A DNA stretch of 64,000 bases from the human T2T-CHM13v2.0 reference genome, Homo sapiens. Positions 25,501-37,400 of the stretch are shown piece after piece. A program made the position numbers and the translations under genes. The stretch is from NCBI RefSeq assembly GCF_009914755.1, contig NC_060931.1, one strand, 5' to 3'. The first letter of the stretch is position 1, and every line of letters begins with the position of its first letter. Under the pieces are notes generated by a model. It saw only the letters and a list, made by a program, of their open reading frames with translations. It was not told the origin of the DNA and ran no database searches.

Positions 25501-27895
25501 AGTGGAACGTCCCTTTGAACAGAGCAGATTTGAAACACTCTTTTTTTGGAGTTTGCAAGTGGAGATTTCAAGCGATTTGATGCCAACAGTAGAAAAGGAA
25601 ATATCTTCAAATAAAAACTAGACAGAATCATTCTCAGAAACTACTTTGTGATGTGTGCCTTCAACTCACAGAGTTTAACCTTTCTTTTCTTAGAGCAGTT
25701 TAGAAACACTCTGCTTGTTATGTCTGCAAGTGGATATTTGGACCTCTTTGAGGCCTTCGTTGCAAACGGGGTTTCTTCCTTTCATGCTAGACTAAGAAGA
25801 GTTCTCAGTAACTTTTTTGTGTTGTGTGTATTCAACTCACAGAGTTGAACCTTGCTTTAGAGAGAGCAGATTTGAAACACTCTTGCTGTGGCATTTTCAG
25901 GTGGAGATTTCAAGCGATTTGAGGACAATTGCAGAAAAGGAAATATCTTCGTATAATAACCAGACAGAATCATTCTCAGAAAGTGCTTTGTGATGTGTGC
26001 GTTCAACTCACAGAGTTTAACCTTTCTTTTCATAGAGGAGTTTGGAAACACACTGTTTGTAAAGTCTGCAAGTGGATACATGGACCTGTTTGAGGCCTTC
26101 GTTGGAAACGGGATTTCTTCATTGAATGCTAGACGGAAGAATTCTCAGTAAATTCTTTGTGTTGTGTGCATTCAACTCACAGAGTGGAACGTCCCTTTAG
26201 ACAGAGCAGATTTGAAACACTCTTTTTGCGGAATTTGCAAGTGGAGATTTCTAGCCATTTGATGCCAACAGTAGAAAGGGAAATATCTTCAAATAAAAAC
26301 CAGACAGAATCATTCTCAGAAAATTCTTTGTGATGTGTGCGTTCAACTCACATAGTTTAACCTTTCTTTTCATAGAGCAGTTTGGAAACACTCTGTTTGT
26401 AAAGTCTGCAAGTGGATATATGGACCGCATTGAGGCCTTCGTTGGAAACGGGATTTCTTCATTTCATGCTAGACAGAAGAATTCTCAGTAACTTCTTTGT
26501 GCTGTGTGTATTCAACTCACAGAGTGGAACGTCCCTTTGCACAGAGCAGATTTGAAACACTCTTTTTGTGGAGTTTGCAAGTGGAGATTTCAAGCGATTT
26601 GATGCCAACAGTAGAAAAGGAAATATCTTCAAATAAAAACTAGACAGAATCATTCTCAGAAACTACTTTGTGATGTGTGCCTTCAACTCACAGAGTTTAA
26701 CCTTTCTTTTCTTAGAGCAGTTTAGAAACACTCTGCTTGTTATGTCTGCAAGTGGATATTTGGACCTCTTTGAGGCCTTCGTTGCAAACGGGGTTTCTTC
26801 CTTTCATGCTAGACTAAGAAGAGTTCTCAGTAACTTTTTTGTGTTGTGTGTATTCAACTCACAGAGTTGAACCTTGCTTTAGAGAGAGCAGATTTGAAAC
26901 ACTCTTGCTGTGGCATTTTCAGGTGGAGATTTCAAGCGATTTGAGGACAATTGCAGAAAAGGAAATATCTTCGTATAATAACAAGACAGAATCATTCTCA
27001 GAAAGTGCTTTGTGATGTGTGCGTTCAACTCACAGAGTTTAACCTTTCTTTTCATAGAGGAGTTTGGAAACACACTGTTTGTAAAGTCTGCAAGTGGATA
27101 CATGGACCTGTTTGAGGCCTTCGTTGGAAACGGGATTTCTTCATTGAATGCTAGACGGAAGAATTCTCAGTAAATTCTTTGTGTTGTGTGCATTCAACTC
27201 ACAGAGTGGAACGTCCCTTTAGACAGAGCAGATTTGAAACACTCTTTTTGCGGAATCTGCAAGTGGAGATTTCTAGCCATTTGATGCCAACAGTAGAAAG
27301 GGAAATATCTTCAAATAAAAACCAGACAGAATCATTCTCAGAAAATTCTTTGTGATGTGTGCGTTCAACTCACATAGTTTAACCTTTCTTTTCATAGAGC
27401 AGTTTGGAAACACTCTGTTTGTAAAGTCTGCAAGTGGATATATGGACCGCATTGAGGCCTTCGTTGGAAACGGGATTTCTTCATTTCATGCTAGACAGAA
27501 GAATTCTCAGTAACTTCTTTGTGCTGTGTGTATTCAACTCACAGAGTGGAACGTCCCTTTGCACAGAGCAGATTTGAAACACTCTTTTTGTGGAGTTTGC
27601 AAGTGGAGATTTCAAGCGATTTGATGCCAACAGTAGAAAAGGAAATATCTTCAAATAAAAACTAGACAGAATCATTCTCAGAAACTACTTTGTGATGTGT
27701 GCCTTCAACTCACAGAGTTTAACCTTTCTTTTCTTAGAGCAGTTTAGAAACACTCTGCTTGTTATGTCTGCAAGTGGATATTTGGACCTCTTTGAGGCCT
27801 TCGTTGCAAACGGGGTTTCTTCCTTTCATGCTAGACTAAGAAGAGTTCTCAGTAACTTTTTTGTGTTGTGTGTATTCAACTCACAGAGTTGAACC

Positions 27896-28435
27896 TTGCT
27901 TTAGAGAGAGCAGATTTGAAACACTCTTGCTGTGGCATTTTCAGGTGGAGATTTCAAGCGATTTGAGGACAATTGCAGAAAAGGAAATATCTTCGTATAA
28001 TAACCAGACAGAATCATTCTCAGAAAGTGCTTTGTGATGTGTGCGTTCAACTCACAGAGTTTAACCTTTCTTTTCATAGAGGAGTTTGGAAACACACTGT
28101 TTGTAAAGTCTGCAAGTGGATATATGGACCTGTTTGAGGCTTTCGTTGGAAACGGGATTTCTTCATTGCTTTAGAGAGAGCAGATTTGAAACACTCTTGC
28201 TGTGGCATTTTCAGGTGGAGATTTCAAGCGATTTGAGGACAATTGCAGAAAAGGAAATATCTTCGTATAATAACCAGACAGAATCATTCTCAGAAAGTGC
28301 TTTGTGATGTGTGCGTTCAACTCACAGAGTTTAACCTTTCTTTTCATAGAGGAGTTTGGAAACACACTGTTTGTAAAGTCTGCAAGTGGATATATGGACC
28401 TGTTTGAGGCCTTCGTTGGAAACGGGATTTCTTCA
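27896..28435 (+). repeat. Structural-variant HOR: tandem 270-bp repeat (27896-28165 and 28166-28435), out of monomer register
   Basis: The junction reads ...TTTCTTCA-TTG-CTTTAGAGAGAG..., joining monomer 3 (normally CATTGAATG) to monomer 2 (normally CCTTGCTTTAG). The ORF at 27901..28095 is repeated at 28171..28365 (offset 270). Confidence 0.95.
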
Positions 28436-31400
28436 TTGAATGCTAGACGGAAGAATTCTCAGTAAATTCTTTGTGTTGTGTGCATTCAACTCATAGAGTG
28501 GAACGTCCCTTTAGACAGAGCAGATTTGAAACACCCTTTTTGCGGAATTTGCAAGTGGAGATTTCTAGCCATTTGATGCCAACAGTAGAAAGGGAAATAT
28601 CTTCAAATAAAAACCAGACAGAATCATTCTCAGAAAATTCTTTGTGATGTGTGCGTTCAACTCACATAGTTTAAGCTTTCTTTTCATAGAGCAGTTTGGA
28701 AACACTCTGTTTGTAAAGTCTGCAAGTGGATATATGGACCGCATTGAGGCCTTCGTTGGAAACGGGATTTCTTCATTTCATGCTAGACAGAAGAATTCTC
28801 AGTAACTTCTTTGTGCTGTGTGTATTCAACTCACAGAGTGGAACGTCCCTTTGCACAGAGCAGATTTGAAACACTCTTTTTTTGGAGTTTGCAAGTGGAG
28901 ATTTCAAGCGATTTGATGCCAACAGTAGAAAAGGAAATATCTTCAAATAAAAACTAGACAGAATCATTCTCAGAAACTACTTTGTGATGTGTGCCTTCAA
29001 CTCACAGAGTTTAACCTTTCTTTTCTTAGAGCAGTTTATAAACACTCTGCTTGTTATGTCTGCAAGTGGATATTTGGACCTCTTTGAGGCCTTCGTTGCA
29101 AACGGGGTTTCTTCCTTTCATGCTAGACTAAGAAGAGTTCTCAGTAACTTTTTTGTGTTGTGTGTATTCAACTCACAGAGTTGAACCTTGCTTTAGAGAG
29201 AGCAGATTTGAAACACTGTTGCTGTGGCATTTTCAGGTGGAGATTTCAAGCGATTTGAGGACAATTGCAGAAAAGGAAATATCTTCGTATAATAACCAGA
29301 CAGAATCATTCTCAGAAAGTGCTTTGTGATGTGTGCGTTCAACTCACAGAGTTTAACCTTTCTTTTCATAGAGGAGTTTGGAAACACACTGTTTGTAAAG
29401 TCTGCAAGTGGATACATGGACCTGTTTGAGGCCTTCGTTGGAAACGGGATTTCTTCATTGAATGCTAGACGGAAGAATTCTCAGTAAATTCTATGTGTTG
29501 TGTGCATTCAACTCACAGAGTGGAACGTCCCTTTAGACAGAGCAGATTTGAAACACTCTTTTTGCGGAATTTGCAAGTGGAGATTTCTAGCCATTTGATG
29601 CCAACAGTAGAAAGGGAAATATCTTCAAATAAAAACCAGACAGAATCATTCTCAGAAAATTCTTTGTGATGTGTGCGTTCAACTCACATAGTTTAACCTT
29701 TCTTTTCATAGAGCAGTTTGGAAACACTCTGTTTGTAAAGTCTGCAAGTGGATATATGGACCGCATTGAGGCCTTCGTTGGAAACGGGATTTCTTCATTT
29801 CATGCTAGACAGAAGAATTCTCAGTAACTTCTTTGTGCTGTGTGTATTCAACTCACAGAGTGGAACGTCCCTTTGCACAGAGCAGATTTGAAACACTCTT
29901 TTTGTGGAGTTTGCAAGTGGAGATTTCAAGCGATTTGATGCCAACAGTAGAAAAGGAAATATCTTCAAATAAAAACTAGACAGAATCATTCTCAGAAACT
30001 ACTTTGTGATGTGTGCCTTCAACTCACAGAGTTCAACCTTTCTTTTCTTAGAGCAGTTTAGAAACACTCTGCTTGTTATGTCTGCAAGTGGATATTTGGA
30101 CCTCTTTGAGGCCTTCGTTGCAAACGGGGTTTCTTCCTTTCATGCTAGACTAAGAAGAGTTCTCAGTAACTTTTTTGTGTTGTGTGTATTCAACTCACAG
30201 AGTTGAACCTTGCTTTAGAGAGAGCAGATTTGAAACACTCTTGCTGTGGCATTTTCAGGTGGAGATTTCAAGCGATTTGAGGACAATTGCAGAAAAGGAA
30301 ATATCTTCGTATAATAACCAGACAGAATCATTCTCAGAAAGTGCTTTGTGATGTGTGCGTTCAACTCACAGAGTTTAACCTTTCTTTTCATAGAGGAGTT
30401 TGGAAACACACTGTTTGTAAAGTCTGCAAGTGGATATATGGACCTGTTTGAGGCCTTCGTTGGAAACGGGATTTCTTCATTGAATGCTAGACGGAAGAAT
30501 TCTCAGTAAATTCTTTGTGTTGTGTGCATTGAACTCACAGAGTGGAACGTCCCTTTAGACAGAGCAGATTTGAAACACTCTTTTTGCGGAATTTGCAAGT
30601 GGAGATTTCTAGCCATTTGATGCCAACAGTAGAAAGGGAAATATCTTCAAATAAAAACCAGACAGAATCATTCTCAGAAAATTCTTTGTGATGTGTGCGT
30701 TCAACTCACATAGTTTAACCTTTCTTTTCATAGAGCAGTTTGGAAACACTCTGTTTGTAAAGTCTGCAAGTGGATATATGGACCGCATTGAGGCCTTCGT
30801 TGGAAACGGGATTTCTTCATTTCATGCTAGACAGAAGAATTCTCAGTAACTTCTTTGTGCTGTGTGTATTCAACTCACAGAGTGGAACGTCCCTTTGCAC
30901 AGAGCAGATTTGAAACACTCTTTTTGTGGAGTTTCCAAGTGGAGATTTCAAGCGATTTGATGCCAACAGTAGAAAAGGAAATATCTTCAAATAAAAACTA
31001 GACAGAATCATTCTCAGAAACTACTTTGTGATGTGTGCCTTCAACTCACAGAGTTTAACCTTTCTTTTCTTAGAGCAGTTTATAAACACTGCTTGATATG
31101 TCTGCAAGTGGATATTTGGACCTCTTTGAGGCCTTCGTTGCAAACGGGGTTTCTTCCTTTCATGCTAGACTAAGAAGAGTTCTCAGTAACTTTTTTGTGT
31201 TGTGTGTATTCAACTCACAGAGTTGAACCTTGCTTTAGAGAGAGCAGATTTGAAACACTCTTGCTGTGGCATTTTCAGGTGGAGATTTCAAGCGATTTGA
31301 GGACAATTGCAGAAAAGGAAATATCTTCGTATAATAACCAGACAGAATCATTCTCAGAAAGTGCTTTGTGATGTGTGCGTTCAACTCACAGAGTTTAACC

Positions 31401-34400
31401 TTTCTTTTCATAGAGGAGTTTGGAAACACACTGTTTGTAAAGTCTGCAAGTGGATATATGGACCTGTTTGAGGCCTTCGTTGGAAACGGGATTTCTTCAT
31501 TGAATGCTAGACGGAAGAATTCTCAGTAAATTCTTTGTGTTGTGTGCATTCAACTCACAGAGTGGAACGTCCCTTTAGACAGAGCAGATTTGAAACCCTC
31601 TTTTTGCGGAATTTGCAAGTGGAGATTTCTAGCCATTTGATGCCAACAGTAGAAAGGGAAATATCTTCAAATAAAAACCAGACAGAATCATTCTCAGAAA
31701 ATTCTTTGTGATGTGTGCGTTCAACTCACATAGTTTAACCTTTCTTTTCATAGAGCAGTTTGGAAACACTCTGTTTGTAAAGTCTGCAAGTGGATATATG
31801 GACCGCATTGAGGCCTTCGTTGGAAACGGGATTTCTTCATTTCATGCTAGACAGAAGAATTCTCAGTAACTTCTTTGTGCTGTGTGTATTCAACTCACAG
31901 AGTGGAACGTCCCTTTGCACAGAGCAGATTTGAAACACTCTTTTTGTGGAGTTTGCAAGTGGAGATTTCAAGCGATTTGATGCCAACAGTAGAAAAGGAA
32001 ATATCTTCAAATAAAAACTAGACAGAATCATTCTCAGAAACTACTTTGTGATGTGTGCCTTCAACTCACAGAGTTTAACCTTTCTTTTCTTAGAGCAGTT
32101 TAGAAACACTCTGCTTGTTATGTCTGCAAGTGGATATTTGGACCTCTTTGAGGCCTTCGTTGCAAACGGGGTTTCTTCCTTTCATGCTAGACTAAGAAGA
32201 GTTCTCAGTAACTTTTTTGTGTTGTATGTATTCAACTCACAGAGTTGAACCTTGCTTTAGAGAGAGCAGATTTGAAACACTCTTGCTGTGGCATTTTCAG
32301 GTGGAGATTTCAAGCGATTTGAGGACAATTGCAGAAAAGGAAATATCTTCGTATAATAACCAGACAGAATCATTCTCAGAAAGTGCTTTGTGATGTGTGC
32401 GTTCAACTCACAGAGTTTAACCTTTCTTTTCATAGAGGAGTTTGGAAACACACTGTTTGTAAAGTCTGCAAGTGGATACATGGACCTGTTTGAGGCCTTC
32501 GTTGGAAACGGGATTTCTTCATTGAATGCTAGACGGAAGAATTCTCAGTAAATTCTTTGTGTTGTGTGCATTCAACTCACAGAGTGGAACGTCCCTTTAG
32601 ACAGAGCAGATTTGAAACACTCTTTTTGCGGAATCTGCAAGTGGAGATTTCTAGCCATTTGATGCCAACAGTAGAAAGGGAAATATCTTCAAATAAAAAC
32701 CAGACAGAATCATTCTCAGAAAATTCTTTGTGATGTGTGCGTTCAACTCACATAGTTTAACCTTTCTTTTCATAGAGCAGTTTGGAAACACTCTGTTTGT
32801 AAAGTCTGCAAGTGGATATATGGACCGCATTGAGGCCTTCGTTGGAAACGGGATTTCTTCATTTCATGCTAGACAGAAGAATTCTCAGTAACTTCTTTGT
32901 GCTGTGTGTATTCAACTCACAGAGTGGAACGTCCCTTTGCACAGAGCAGATTTGAAACACTCTTTTTGTGGAGTTTGCAAGTGGAGATTTCAAGCGATTT
33001 GATGCCAACAGTAGAAAAGGAAATATCTTCAAATAAAAACTAGACAGAATCATTCTCAGAAACTACTTTGTGATGTGTGCCTTCAACTCACAGAGTTTAA
33101 CCTTTCTTTTCTTAGAGCAGTTTATAAACACTGCTTGATATGTCTGCAAGTGGATATTTGGACCTCTTTGAGGCCTTCGTTGCAAACGGGGTTTCTTCCT
33201 TTCATGCTAGACTAAGAAGAGTTCTCAGTAACTTTTTTGTGTTGTGTGTATTCAACTCACAGAGTTGAACCTTGCTTTAGAGAGAGCAGATTTGAAACAC
33301 TCTTGCTGTGGCATTTTCAGGTGGAGATTTCAAGCGATTTGAGGACAATTGCAGAAAAGGAAATATCTTCGTATAATAACCAGACAGAATCATTCTCAGA
33401 AAGTGCTTTGTGATGTGTGCGTTCAACTCACAGAGTTTAACCTTTCTTTTCATAGAGGAGTTTGGAAACACACTGTTTGTAAAGTCTGCAAGTGGATATA
33501 TGGACCTGTTTGAGGCCTTCGTTGGAAACGGGATTTCTTCATTGAATGCTAGACGGAAGAATTCTCAGTAAATTCTTTGTGTTGTGTGCATTCAACTCAC
33601 AGAGTGGAACGTCCCTTTAGACAGAGCAGATTTGAAACACTCTTTTTGCGGAATTTGCAAGTGGAGATTTCTAGCCATTTGATGCCAACAGTAGAAAGGG
33701 AAATATCTTCAAATAAAAACCAGACAGAATCATTCTCAGAAAATTCTTTGTGATGTGTGCGTTCAACTCACATAGTTTAACCTTTCTTTTCATAGAGCAG
33801 TTTGGAAACACTCTGTTTGTAAAGTCTGCAAGTGGATATATGGACCGCATTGAGGCCTTCGTTGGAAACGGGATTTCTTCATTTCATGCTGGACAGAAGA
33901 ATTCTCAGTAACTTCTTTGTGCTGTGTGTATTCAACTCACAGAGTGGAACGTCCCTTTGCACAGAGCATATTTGAAACACTCTTTTTGTGGAGTTTGCAA
34001 GTGGAGATTTCAAGCGATTTGATGCCAACAGTAGAAAAGGAAATATCTTCAAATAAAAACTAGACAGAATCATTCTCAGAAACTACTTTGTGATGTGTGC
34101 CTTCAACTCACAGAGTTTAACCTTTCTTTTCTTAGAGCAGTTTAGAAACACTCTGCTTGTTATGTCTGCAAGTGGATATTTGGACCTCTTTGAGGCCTTC
34201 GTTGCAAACGGGGTTTCTTCCTTTCATGCTAGACTAAGAAGAGTTCTCAGTAACTTTTTTGTGTTGTGTGTATTCAACTCACAGAGTTGAACCTTGCTTT
34301 AGAGAGAGCAGATTTGAAACACTCTTGCTGTGGCATTTTCAGGTGGAGATTTCAAGCGATTTGAGGACAATTGCAGAAAAGGAAATATCTTCGTATAATA

Positions 34401-37400
34401 ACCAGACAGAATCATTCTCAGAAAGTGCTTTGTGATGTGTGCGTTCAACTCACAGAGTTTAACCTTTCTTTTCATAGAGGAGTTTGGAAACACACTGTTT
34501 GTAAAGTCTGCAAGTGGATATATGGACCTGTTTGAGGCCTTCGTTGGAAACGGGATTTCTTCATTGAATGCTAGACGGAAGAATTCTCAGTAAATTCTTT
34601 GTGTTGTGTGCATTCAACTCACAGAGTGGAACGTCCCTTTAGACAGAGCAGATTTGAAACACTCTTTTTGCGGAATTTGCAAGTGGAGATTTCTAGCCAT
34701 TTGATGCCAACAGTAGAAAGGGAAATATCTTCAAATAAAAACCAGACAGAATCATTCTCAGAAAATTCTTTGTGATGTGTGCGTTCAACTCACATAGTTT
34801 AACCTTTCTTTTCATAGAGCAGTTTGGAAACACTCTGTTTGTAAAGTCTGCAAGTGGATATATGGACCGCATTGAGGCCTTCGTTGGAAACGGGATTTCT
34901 TCATTTCATGCTAGACAGAAGAATTCTCAGTAACTTCTTTGTGCTGTGTGTATTCAACTCACAGAGTGGAACGTCCCTTTGCACAGAGCAGATTTGAAAC
35001 ACTCTTTTTGTGGAGTTTGCAAGTGGAGATTTCAAGCGATTTGATGCCAACAGTAGAAAAGGAAATATCTTCAAATAAAAACTAGACAGAATCATTCTCA
35101 GAAACTACTTTGTGATGTGTGCCTTCAACTCACAGAGTTTAACCTTTCTTTTCTTAGAGCAGTTTAGAAACACTCTGCTTGTTATGTCTGCAAGTGGATA
35201 TTTGGACCTCTTTGAGGCCTTCGTTGCAAACGGGGTTTCTTCCTTTCATGCTAGACTAAGAAGAGTTCTCAGTAACTTTTTTGTGTTGTGTGTATTCAAC
35301 TCACAGAGTTGAACCTTGCTTTAGAGAGAGCAGATTTGAAACACTCTTGCTGTGGCATTTTCAGGTGGAGATTTCAAGCGATTTGAGGACAATTGCAGAA
35401 AAGGAAATATCTTCGTATAATAACCAGACAGAATCATTCTCAGAAAGTGCTTTGTGATGTGTGCGTTCAACTCACAGAGTTTAACCTTTCTTTTCATAGA
35501 GGAGTTTGGAAACACACTGTTTGTAAAGTCTGCAAGTGGATATATGGACCTGTTTGAGGCCTTCGTTGGAAACGGGATTTCTTCATTGAATGCTAGACGG
35601 AAGAATTCTCAGTAAATTCTTTGTGTTGTGTGCATTCAACTCACAGAGTGGAACGTCCCTTTAGACAGAGCAGATTTGAAACACTCTTTTTGCGGAATTT
35701 GCAAGTGGAGATTTCTAGCCATTAGATGCCAACAGTAGAAAGGGAAATATCTTCAAATAAAAACCAGACAGAATCATTCTCAGAAAATTCTTTGTGATGT
35801 GTGCGTTCAACTCACATAGTTTAACCTTTCTTTTCATAGAGCAGTTTGGAAACACTCTGTTTGTAAAGTCTGCAAGTGGATATATGGACCGCATTGAGGC
35901 CTTCGTTGGAAACGGGATTTCTTCATTTCATGCTAGACAGAAGAATTCTCAGTAACTTCTTTGTGCTGTGTGTATTCAACTCACAGAGTGGAACGTCCCT
36001 TTGCACAGAGCAGATTTGAAACACTCTTTTTGTGGAGTTTGCAAGTGGAGATTTCAAGCGATTTGATGCCAACAGTAGAAAAGGAAATATCTTCAAATAA
36101 AAACTAGACAGAATCATTCTCAGAAACTACTTTGTGATGTGTGCCTTCAACTCACAGAGTTTAACCTTTCTTTTCTTAGAGCAGTTTATAAACACTGCTT
36201 GATATGTCTGCAAGTGGATATTTGGACCTCTTTGAGGCCTTCGTTGCAAACGGGGTTTCTTCCTTTCATGCTAGACTAAGAAGAGTTCTCAGTAACTTTT
36301 TTGTGTTGTGTGTATTCAACTCACAGAGTTGAACCTTGCTTTAGAGAGAGCAGATTTGAAACACTCTTGCTGTGGCATTTTCAGGTGGAGATTTCAAGCG
36401 ATTTGAGGACAATTGCAGAAAAGGAAATATCTTCGTATAATAACCAGACAGAATCATTCTCAGAAAGTGCTTTGTGATGTGTGCGTTCAACTCACAGAGT
36501 TTAACCTTTCTTTTCATAGAGGAGTTTGGAAACACACTGTTTGTAAAGTCTGCAAGTGGATATATGGACCTGTTTGAGGCCTTCGTTGGAAACGGGATTT
36601 CTTCATTGAATGCTAGACGGAAGAATTCTCAGTAAATTCTTTGTGTTGTGTGCATTCAACTCACAGAGTGGAACGTCCCTTTAGACAGAGCAGATTTGAA
36701 ACACTCTTTTTGCGGAATTTGCAAGTGGAGATTTCTAGCCATTTGATGCCAACAGTAGAAAGGGAAATATCTTCAAATAAAAACCAGACAGAATCATTCT
36801 CAGAAAATTCTTTGTGATGTGTGCGTTCAACTCACATAGTTTAACCTTTCTTTTCATAGAGCAGTTTGGAAACACTCTGTTTGTAAAGTCTGCAAGTGGA
36901 TATATGGACCGCATTGAGGCCTTCGTTGGAAACGGGATTTCTTCATTTCATGCTAGACAGAAGAATTCTCAGTAACTTCTTTGTGCTGTGTGTATTCAAC
37001 TCACAGAGTGGAACGTCCCTTTGCACAGAGCAGATTTGAAACACTCTTTTTTTGGAGTTTGCAAGTGGAGATTTCAAGCGATTTGATGCCAACAGTAGAA
37101 AAGGAAATATCTTCAAATAAAAACTAGACAGAATCATTCTCAGAAACTACTTTGTGATGTGTGCCTTCAACTCACAGAGTTTAACCTTTCTTTTCTTAGA
37201 GCAGTTTAGAAACACTCTGCTTGTTATGTCTGCAAGTGGATATTTGGACCTCTTTGAGGCCTTCGTTGCAAACGGGGTTTCTTCCTTTCATGCTACACTA
37301 AGAAGAGTTCTCAGTAACTTTTTTGTGTTGTGTGTATTCAACTCACAGAGTTGAACCTTGCTTTAGAGAGAGCAGATTTGAAACACTCTTGCTGTGGCAT

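Noticed and set aside
28116-28307. Unique 63-aa ORF found nowhere else in the window
   Set aside because: It is a by-product of the frame fusion at the 270-bp junction; there is no evidence of coding function.
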